A stretch of DNA of 63,879 nt, filler included, from Octopus bimaculoides (lineage: Eukaryota), in the NCBI RefSeq assembly GCF_001194135.2. It is 6 parts of 5 records of this genome, joined end to end, with 100 filler letters (N's around TTAATTAATTAA, not from the genome) between each part and the next. Parts side by side here need not be neighbours in the genome. Positions count along the whole stretch, not along the records: positions 49,074 to 61,447 come from NC_068982.1; positions 61,548 to 63,879 come from NC_068988.1; 4 more parts are not named here. The stretch is one strand, 5' to 3'. This document shows, one piece after another, positions 54,566 through 63,879 of the stretch (its first letter is position 1; every line of letters begins with the position of its first letter). The position numbers were made by a program, and so were the translations under genes. A model generated the notes under the pieces. That model had not been told where the DNA came from and made no database searches. It worked only from the letters and a program-made list of their open reading frames with translations.

Positions 54566-56135
54566 ACACATGCACGCACACACGCACGCTCGCACTCACG
54601 AATACAAAATGCTCATAACATAATGAGATAATATTTATATTTTGTCTTTATTCCCCCGAGGTCGGATTTGCCTTTCATCCTTCATGGTCGATGAAAATAA
54701 GTACCAGCTGAGTACTGGGGACGATGTAATCGATTTACTTCCTCCCCTAATAATGCTGTCCTTGTACCAAAATTTGAAACCAGCATCCACTCTATCTTGC
54801 GATGAAATATTATTTTACAGTTGAACTAAATATGTTAGAAGTATATTAATATGATATGAATATTAAATACGTTTCTCCCCCACCCACAACCATGAAGGCG
54901 CATGGCTCAGTGATTAGAACGTCGAGTTTACGATCGCGTGGTTGTGAGTTCGAATCCCGGACGGGCTGTGTGTTGTGTTCTCGAACAAGTCACTTTATTT
55001 CACGTTGCTCCAGTTCACTCAGCTGTAGAAATGAGTTGCGATGTTACAGGTGCCAAGCTGTATCGGCCCCTTTTTGCCTTTCCTTTGGATAACACAGGTG
55101 GCATGGAGAGGGGAGACCGGTATGCATGGGCGACTGCTGGTCTTCCATAAACAACCTTGCCCGGACTTGTGCCTCGGAGGGTGACTTTCTAGGTGCAATC
55201 CCATGGTCAGCCATGACCGAAAGAGGGTCTCAGCAGTCTCTCACCCCCCCAAATATTGAACATTTTGCTAAAACGTAATAGGTACTGTGTATATAATTTA
55301 TAAGTTTACTACACTTTTATAGTTATCAACGTGTCAAATAAATAAGGCGCAGTGTTGAGAGAATCGTTAGCACGCCGGGCAAAATGCTTAGCAGCACTTC
55401 GACAGTCTTTACGTTCGGAGTTCAGATTACAGAGAGGTCCACTTTTTGCCTTTCGTCCTTTCAGGGTCGATAAAATAAGTACTATTTGAGCACTGGGGTC
55501 GATGCAACCGATTTACCCATCTCCTAAAATTGCTGGCCTTGTGTCAAAATTTGAAAACAATAAATTGCTTCTATGACCTTTACTGAAATAGAAAGATTTT
55601 AAAGGCTTTGATGAATATAAACTAAGTAAGTAATTAGTTAGAATTTATGGGCTGGAGTTGAGTTCCAAAGAAAACATGCACGAGGCTGACACAAAGAAAA
55701 CAGCACGAAGCTGCCACAACTAAATTATATGTTCTATGGTGTGAGACATTGTCTTAAACTGATTCTATGCACATCTTGTTTTTGACAGATGCATGTTATT
55801 TTGTGGTTGACTATCTTCGAGAATATAATATTCCTGTTCCGGAAAGAATACAAAGAATTGATGGTAAATTCCAGAATAGAGAAAGATTATATAATGGTAA
55901 ATTTCTTTCTTTCTTTCTTTTTTAATATTGTACGTTTATAAGGTAAGTCACTGGTGAATCTCAACCTGTGGAATTTGCTGGTACCTTGCTTGATTTCGGC
56001 GCTTGGTCTATTTCTTCAGAGGGAAAAGCTGTAAGAGTTTTCTGTACGTTCAATAATGTAACGTTTGGACCTTCGCATGGCTTGCTTTAAAATCCTCTTT
56101 TCTTGAACTTTTTATAGAGACAGATCCCAGAGTGG

Positions 56136-56181
<46 letters not shown>

Positions 56182-59100
56182 AAGATGATGGGGGACAAAG
56201 AGACAGAAAGACTGAATAAAGGAAAGTGAAAATTAATAATGGGTGTGTGCTTGAAAGAAAGATAGAGACACAGACAAGGTTTGTTCGCAATTGTTTTTGT
56301 TTCGATGCTGGAAATGAAGCCAGAGATCTGAGTTCTAAACTGAAAAGTGAATCAACAGAAAGATAAACAAGAAATTCCTTTGTTTTTTAAACTTGTGAAA
56401 ATACTATTTGCTTTTTAGGTTGGTAGAATTAGTAGAGACTTGATACAACTTGGATTCTTTGTGTCGTATTGTTCTGGTTTCAAATTTCTGGAATATCGAC
56501 TTGAGATTTTTCTTTCTCGTGGCTCGATATAATAAATATCAATAAATTAATTAGAGCGAATTAATTAGTTATACATTCACCTTAACCTCTCCATTTAACA
56601 CACAAATGATTTCATTATGTAATCTCGACTGAGACTACACTATGTAATCATTTGGTCAGTCTGAAAATTCATAGACAAGCCAAGTGGTTAAGAAGTTCTC
56701 TTCGTAAATGACGAGTTCCCGTGTTCGATGCCACTGCACTACATCTTGGACAAATGTCTTTTATCATAGCTTCGGTTCACCACAAACCTTGTGAGTGAAA
56801 CTGGGTAGACGGAAACTGTATAGAAGCCCATTGAATCAGTTGTACCTTTAATTCAAAGACTGAGCCTTGTAACATGCTGTGTCATACCGAATCTGTCTGA
56901 TGATTATATCAAGGGTACAAGTGTTTGTAGAATAGTCAACTACTTCACATGCTAATGCAAAGTTTTTCATTTGATCGAACAACTGAATATTTATCGTCGA
57001 AATTGACGGAGGTCCATTTCCTTTATATGTGAATGTGTACATGCATACGGGAAATTTGTATGTATGTTTAGCTGTGTTGATATGCGCATGTGCGTTTTGA
57101 AGAACTGTTATTTTCTATGTATTTATGGATAAACATGAAGAACTGTTATTTTTTATGTATTTATGGATAAACATGAAGTTTTTTAATGTTTTAGATACGG
57201 ACGACTCCGATTCAGAAAAGAATTGTCATATGATTATTCTCTTGACCTTCGTTCCTGGAGTAATTTTAAGTTCAGTACCTCTGGTTCCATCTCTGTTATA
57301 TAATGTTGGAAAGCTACTTGGTCGTATGAGTAAGTTATTACAGGTGAGTAAAATTCTATTTCTCAGAGATGCACATTTCCCTGAAAGTTTCTTCGTGGTC
57401 TGTCAGCTTACTTGAAACTGTAATCAACTATCCACGCCACCATCTTAAAAAAAGGAATACTACCCTGCTATAGTCTGTATTCCAGCTTCACTCAGTCAGG
57501 TAGTATATGCACGTCACGTCCTGTATTGAAGACTTATTTCACAATATATTCGAAAGTAATCGTTCTTAGTGACTTTAATACTTATGTTTTCTCCACTCCT
57601 TCCATGCCCACGCTACTATAATAGAAACCGGATATTTTACAATTCCGAACGCTCTGAAACTGTTAATATCATAACCTACTGGCATTTCTGATCGATATAT
57701 ATTCCCCTCGAACACTTTTGATCTTCAAGCTTAGCCTTCATCAAACTATCGTCGTCACTGCACCTATCAAATCGTTTACCCAACGAATTCTGCCCACACC
57801 GAGCCTTATAGCATTTCAAGCAAGCTAACTGGTTAATTTCTCAGCAAACACGAATATCCAATTTAGAATAGAGATTATGTGTTGCTGCTAGTTTCTTCTT
57901 TTATTAATCTACTGTACGATCCTGCTTATTGAAAACTTGTGGCCGGAAATTCTGAGAAACTATTTTATGCTGTTAGTAATCTTTATTGCTGAAGGCTGTA
58001 TTTCTGTAGAGATGTTCTGTGGAGATCATGCTTGAGATATAACTGTTCACTGACAACCTGCCTATATTAGGCTTTTGATCACGTGAGAAATGAAGTTCAG
58101 TTATAGCTGTTAAAGAAACATTCATCAATTACTCTATATTTCCACTTCTTTCAGTAGTGAATTGTAACTTCCTATACACGTATTTAAAAAACGATTTTAC
58201 AGGATTTTTGATAGGATACAAAATCTCCACTGTTCAACCAAAAGATTTGTTTTGTAACAACCAAGTATGCTATAACTCTTTTAGAAAAGAGCAAGTATCT
58301 CAAACCAAATTTTTTGTCTACTACAATATATCTGTCATGTAACTAGATATATTTCTCTTTCTTTTATTGCAGAATTTCTCTCATCCGTTTTTCCAAAATA
58401 GACCTCAAGTTATTTGGAATCTGGAGAAACTACCTATACTGACTAAATACCTAGAGTTTATCGAAATTGAAAACGATCGAATGCTAGTCGAAGAGGTCAT
58501 TGAAACTTTCAAAAAGGAAATTCTTCCAAATATCTCAAAATATCAGAAAGGTAACTTCCAAGTTGAAACTCTAACAATATCAAAAACTGACTCTCTAAAA
58601 TGCCTCTATAATTAAAAATTTGATTTCGACTTATTAAAAAATTAGGGTATTTTCCCAAATCATAATAGAAATACCTTCTTGTGGATGCTCTTCTTGTTCT
58701 CAGTAAAGAATATGGGAGATGCGAGTCGACTGCATACGGAAGCATTTCAAAGATTACTTGAATGTTTGTATGTTGGAGTGAGAACGTTAGAGGCAATGGA
58801 AGCATTTTTCGGGTATCACTGGATACAGAGAATTTTTTAACAAAAATCGAATTCCACTTGAAGAAGAAGCGTGGAAGCAGTGTGTTATAAAAGACAGTAG
58901 CTCCTTGCCTGAAAAAATGTAACTAAGGACTAAGACTAGGGTGAAAAGTGATAGGCGTCTGTTTCAGGAAATGCAGAAGGGTATTCAATGTTCTTTCAAA
59001 AGAGCAACTAAGTCCTGACAGATGAGCATGGTAATGCGTTCTCTTCTGATCGAAATACCTGGCTGGTCTTCAATACCAAAGGTGAGGTGAGACAAGCCAA

Positions 59101-59902
59101 GTTAGTGCACCACACCTGGTCATTAGTTCATGCTCCAAAATAGACATAGCACAATATAAGGGTGAAAGCAAGAGGAATCAGTGACATTGATTCGTTATCA
59201 CCTTTGTGACGCAATGCAGCCACCATCAACTACATCTCGAGCATGGCTGAAAATTTCAACTCGTTTTTTCAGGACCAGAAGCCGACTGAACCGAACGTCT
59301 CTGCAAGATAGTTAGGTTCCTCAACTGGTCCTTGGAGTCCTTCTCTATCACAGAATGCCATCTATGCCATGTATATTTATATTTAATTTCTTTTGTTTTA
59401 ATATTCTGTACCATGTGTACTTGCATTTAATTTTGACCTTGATTTTTTTGTACTCCAAAGTACCCAGATACTTGTAGCCATCCACTTCAACATCCTTAAT
59501 TCTCTCGCTGTATATAGAACAGCCATATTAATGAGGCGAGAAGCATTACTTTTCAGTATAGTTACTACTTTCATCTCTTATAGAGATTTTGTAACTAACT
59601 GCTTTGCTTGTTGCAAGATCAGTGACTGATTGTCGCTTGATTTTCTATATATTGTCACCTGGAACAAATTCTTGCTGTCTCTAGCGGCCGAGTGTTCACC
59701 ACTGACGATAGGCACAGATAGCCTGAAACTGTTCGGTCTGGTGATCCCGTCGTATGCTAGAAGACGGTAGGTGTTCGCTCCCCTGCTTGCAATATATACC
59801 AGGTGCAGATTGCATCGATAACCAGCCGGATGAGGCTCTTCCTGGGGTGAAAAACGGTGTAACGCCGAACAGCCGTATTGATGTGGCGATAAACATTACT
59901 TC

Positions 59903-59945
<43 letters not shown>

Positions 59946-60552
59946 TGGAATTGTGTGTTACTCAACGATTTAATCCCAGCATTGGTCTGTATTTCATTTC
60001 AATCGGACAATTTTTCACATTTATAACGTTGCAGGTCATACCCATGGTGACTACAGTCATATGAATATCATAGTTAGAAAGAAACATGAGGAAGTCGAGT
60101 CACTGCATTGCAACGAAAAACTTTGTTCGGTGAACATTAATGATACGGCTGGAAAAATACCTTCGTCACCGTACGGCGTGTCTGGTATTATCGATTTTGG
60201 TCACACAAGATACTCGTACATAGTTCATGATGTTGCAATTTCTATTGCTTACATCTCACTGGAGAGCAAAATCATTGATTCATTAGATGTTGGTGGTCAC
60301 ATTTTAGCTGGTTACTTTTCGGAGATCAAATTGAATTCAGAGGAACTTGACGCTTTACCTGTTTTGATATGTGGTCGCCTTGCTAAGTCATTGACTATTG
60401 GAAGGTACGTATATCAACAAGATACTACAAACTTGTATCCACTGAGAACTTCTGCTCAAGGTTGGCCATTGATTCGTAAAATCTGGAAGACACCAAAAGA
60501 AGTCCTTTTGAAGAGATGGAATGAGATTATAAGCTCATATGGTGAAAATTAA
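51967..60552 (+). CDS. HYKK: Hydroxylysine kinase-like (aminoglycoside-phosphotransferase fold), 5 coding exons, 1194 nt, 397 aa
   Basis: Exons 51967-52207, 55789-55896, 57195-57343, 58373-58550, 60035-60552 join in frame through GT-AG introns. Motifs [56 protein letters not shown] and GW match HYKK/AGPHD1 in order (from memory of the family). Confidence 0.92.
52565..53826 (+). mobile_element. Mariner (Tc1/mariner) transposon fossil in HYKK intron 1
   Basis: [22 protein letters not shown] and [13 protein letters not shown] motifs with stops and frameshifts; right end gtgaacttttcagccgacccctcata followed by TA; left end partly lost. Confidence 0.9.
53925..54320 (+). mobile_element. SINE family A copy in HYKK intron 1
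   Basis: Same consensus; inner (TATC)n; (ATAAAAGA)n tail. Confidence 0.85.
54895..55235 (+). mobile_element. tRNA-derived SINE family C (related copies at 28545-28850 + and 49315-49545 +)
   Basis: ggcgcatggctcagtg..tagaacgtcg...gagttcgaatcccgg...cactttatttcacgttgctccagt.cactcagctgta. Confidence 0.8.
55789..55896 (+). CDS. HYKK: HYKK-like coding exon 2
   Basis: tttgacag|ATGCATGT...TATAATG|gtaaat; [27 protein letters not shown]. Confidence 0.88.
57195..57343 (+). CDS. HYKK: HYKK-like coding exon 3
   Basis: gttttag|ATACGG...TTACAG|gtgagt; [11 protein letters not shown]...[11 protein letters not shown]. Confidence 0.9.
58373..58550 (+). CDS. HYKK: HYKK-like coding exon 4
   Basis: ttttattgcag|AATTTC...CAGAAAG|gtaact; NFSHP...[14 protein letters not shown]. 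Confidence 0.9.
59696..59744 (+). ncRNA. Type I hammerhead ribozyme with complete core, sense in HYKK intron 4
   Basis: TCACCA CTGACGA T AGGC acagata GCCT GAAAC tgttcg GTC^ TGGTGA: helix I 6 bp, helix II 4 bp, short helix III, GUC triplet; helix I extends to 59675-59767. Confidence 0.85.
60035..60552 (+). CDS. HYKK: HYKK-like coding exon 5 (catalytic loop, DFG, stop)
   Basis: gttgcag|GTCATACCCATGGTGAC; [10 protein letters not shown]...GIIDFGH...TAA. Confidence 0.92.
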
Positions 60553-60761
60553 CGAGAATATATGAAGTAAAATGAAAAGGAACGATTGGATATATAGCTT
60601 TTGTTCTCGCGTTTTTTATATACGTCTAACACAGAATTACACGTATGTAAAGGTTCACTTGCATATACCTACCTACCTACCTACCTACCAACCTACCTAC
60701 CTACCTACCTACCTACCTACCTACCTACCTACATACATACATACATACACACATACATACA

Positions 60762-60792
<31 letters not shown>

Positions 60793-61547
60793 GTAGCAGG
60801 AATATTTAGCGATCGAATTTGGATTACTATTTCCGATGAAAAAAAAAAACACACATTAAAACCTAAAAAAACCTCAGCTAAAGAATACGATTGCAATTCG
60901 CGAAGATGATACCAACGTCATAAAAAAATCTGATAATTCAAGTCTTCGTGTGGATCGGGATGTAACAACAATTTCATCTTCGGCGCATATTTTTTTTTTT
61001 TGCCTACACCACCACTATATATTAAGCATATTTTAGCTACTAACAGAGGAGAATACACGCAGACAGCAGACGGTTATCATCAGACAATATCAGAACCAGC
61101 AGCTGTCCTGAGCGCTGTCGCAACACAAAATCAATGGACGGCGGCAACAGCACCACACAATGATCAGCTAACATCAAGAAACTCTCGACAGCGGTTATTA
61201 TCATACCTAGTCCAAGAACAATTAGTTTCAAACTATCTTGATGTTTGTCGTTCGTAGTAACGACAAAAATTTTGCTTGCAATAAAAATAAATATTCTTTT
61301 ATCAAAAATTTTAAACAAGTTTCTTTGTTTATCGTCACGCTCACATACATACACGTACGTACACACATACATACATACATACATACATATGTATATAATG
61401 ATTTGTGATAGAAAAGAGAAACTGTGTACAGTTATGGGAGTTTGCTGNNNNNNNNNNNNNNNNNNNNNNNNNNNNNNNNNNNNNNNNNNNNTTAATTAAT
61501 TAANNNNNNNNNNNNNNNNNNNNNNNNNNNNNNNNNNNNNNNNNNNN

Positions 61548-61578
<31 letters not shown>

Positions 61579-63129
61579 GTATATTTATACAGAACTGCGT
61601 CTGTCTATAGGGCTGTATTACTTGACATTCAATGTAGTCCGTCTATGCATATTTATGATTCCTTTTCAAGCGGTCGTGTGAAACGCTAGACCGCTTTTAA
61701 CCTGGACAGTAACTTGTGTTAATAAAAGTAATATTACAGCAAGACGGAGACAGTATAACCACAACAAAAGCAACAACCACAACATGGTGGTCAACTGGTT
61801 GAAACCTATGAGCGTCTGTCTAAATGCCTTGCCGCCGAAATTATCCTACCTTGCTGCTTTCTTATTTCAAATCCAGCTGAAGTCTGGTTTTCCTTTCATC
61901 TTTCCAAAGCCTATAAAATAAAGTGCCTGTCTAGAGTAATTGGTTAATGAAATTGTTTGAAAGTTGAATGAAATGCTTTGTAGTATTTGTTCCGACTCTT
62001 TACGTTTTGAGTTCAAATCCAACCAATGACAGATTTGCCTTTCGTTTTTCCGATGTCTATAAATTTATGAGCAATATCATGCAGAATAAGATACCGACTC
62101 CCTGGAAAAAAATGCGAACGCGTCAGTCAGGAGATTAAAGTACTTTATTCAAATATTAAAATACTCCAAGGAGACATCAACTAAAGAAGTTATAAGCCTA
62201 CGGGGCACGCCAATTCGGGCATAGTGAAGAGGCGTATTGAGCCACAAAACTGAGCACTATAAAAATGTATAATGGAACAGAAGGCTAGGATGTACAAGAG
62301 AAAATAATCACCCTAAGCTTAGTCAACCATAACCGACAATATGCACAGTGACCCATTCAGAACTGCTAGCAAATAGGCTTGACCAGTTCCCTTATCACTG
62401 GCTGAAGCAACAGACTAGTAACCAGGAATATAAGGGAACCCATTGGAAGTTAAAAGAGAAAAAGTGCTTTAATCCCAAACGAAAAATAGCAGAGCCCGCA
62501 AAAGTGTGACTTGTAAATCCATTCGAACAAGATACAAGACATGTATCTTCTCCTAATGTTATTACAAGGAAGATAATCGTTTCTACACAATATATGGCGG
62601 AAATAGAAGTCTAAGTTTGAAATTAAGAAAAGATTATAAGGAAAAAGATGTATAGAATTCACATAGCTATTTATTGGTTACTTATTACGAAGTTCTGAAA
62701 ATTACTAAGCAGTGGTCATCATGTATAGCACTTTTTCATTCATTTATAAAATCGTCAGCATGATATAACTTGCGATTTTTTAATTAAATATTTTGTAAAG
62801 TGAGACATTTCAATACTGATGGAAAATAATTACGTTCTGCGAAAGATTCCTGGAATGCGTGGGATTTTTTCGTGATAGAATGTTAGTAGTTTAGCAATCG
62901 AGAGAGAAAAAAAAATTGCATCCGGTTACACTTGGAGAACAACAATATATTATCAAAGGAACAAAACTGATTCTTGCGAGAGTAGTGAATGATTAACCGA
63001 TCGATCATAGAAGCGATTAAAAAAAACTGAAGCAAACAACAGCATGGATTCAATTGACTCCCAAAAGATATTTTAAAGCATTCCACACTCATGGCTACTA
63101 ACAACGATTCATATAAACAAATCTCTTCG

Positions 63130-63560
63130 AATAATAATGAAATGCATCTGTCATGCCATGACAAAAATGAAAAACTACCATATCATTACAAAACAAAGCG
63201 GAGACAATTCAAACAAACTATGCACTCATAAGGAGAGGTATCTTCTAAAAGAACTAATTGTTCTCGCTATCCTTTTGCCTAGCACTGACCACCATTAGCA
63301 AAAGTGTGGAACGAAACTCTGTGGAGGAGTAAAGATGCAATGAACAAACTATAACCTATATTCTCCAGAAGTCTTAAAGATATGTACAAGGGAAAGAAAA
63401 TATCGAGCTGGAAAGCCTGCTAAAATTGCTCAAAAATTCCAGCCAAGAGATAAGAATGACTAAAATTAAACAAATGTGCCAAAGCTACAATAAGAAGCAA
63501 ATTCACTAGAACTGGGATTATTAAAGTAGACATAGATACGGAAATTAGATAATTAAAACA
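63130..63560 (+). mobile_element. R4/R2-like LINE RT fragment, heavily degenerate
   Basis: Reads approximately RRGIF....S..FCLAL and ...KCAKATI; motifs partly broken. Confidence 0.5.
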
Positions 63561-63594
63561 GAACCCCTCCAACACATTAATAATGCATACCTGC

Positions 63595-63626
<32 letters not shown>

Positions 63627-63829
63627 AAATCTCTGAACGAGGTGTTAACAGTAACTGCACGATAAAGTGAAGTATATTTGCCATTTAAATGTGGCTGACC
63701 CCTAACGGTGGATGTTACTGTTGCTTTTAGCCCCAGGAGAACATCTCCTCCAGCTGGCTTATCGACACATATCTGTGTCCTGTCTATTTTTGCCAAGGGA
63801 AGTTATCCTTCCCATCTTGATCTGCGATA

Positions 63830-63874
63830 CGTACGGACCCGAGTTTCAGGGTTATTTCCCTTCTTCAGCGTACG
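63830..63874 (-). ncRNA. Type I hammerhead ribozyme with complete core
   Basis: Minus strand: CGTACG CTGAAGA AGGG aaataa CCCT GAAAC tcgg GTC^ CGTACG. Confidence 0.82.
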
Positions 63875-63879
63875 ATAAT

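Noticed and set aside
58800-59340. Non-repetitive coding-like stretch in HYKK intron 4
   Set aside because: Stops in all frames examined and no recognisable motif; probably an old TE fragment
59817-59863. HDV-like ribozyme reading of the conserved downstream block
   Set aside because: Could not build P1/P2/P3 and L3 consistently in both copies

Overview
AT-rich, microsatellite-dense, gappy animal genomic DNA. The SINE families and simple-repeat density suggest a cephalopod, probably Octopus (inference, not verified). Two spliced protein-coding genes were reconstructed by hand. (1) A partial TNF-receptor-superfamily gene on the minus strand: 6 exons between 665 and 10792 encoding a signal peptide and cysteine-rich domains, with one GC-AG intron; its start codon and TM/cytoplasmic exons are not visible. 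(2) A complete 5-exon hydroxylysine kinase-like (HYKK/AGPHD1) CDS on the plus strand, 51967-60552, 397 aa. The rest is decayed RTE, CR1-like and R4-like LINEs, Penelope-like (GIY-YIG) elements, a mariner fossil, three tRNA-derived SINE families and simple repeats. Most long ORFs in the track are microsatellite or N-gap artefacts. The most interesting layer is non-coding: many type I hammerhead ribozyme (HHR) motifs. Three have a complete core and all three helices (5228-5283 -, 59696-59744 +, 63830-63874 -). Two of these lie sense inside introns of the two genes. The 59.7 kb and 63.8 kb copies share a downstream structured block, suggesting a short non-autonomous HHR-bearing (retrozyme-like) family. 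Two further loci are inverted repeats of complementary half-hammerheads. All folding and alignment was done by eye; no activity is demonstrated.
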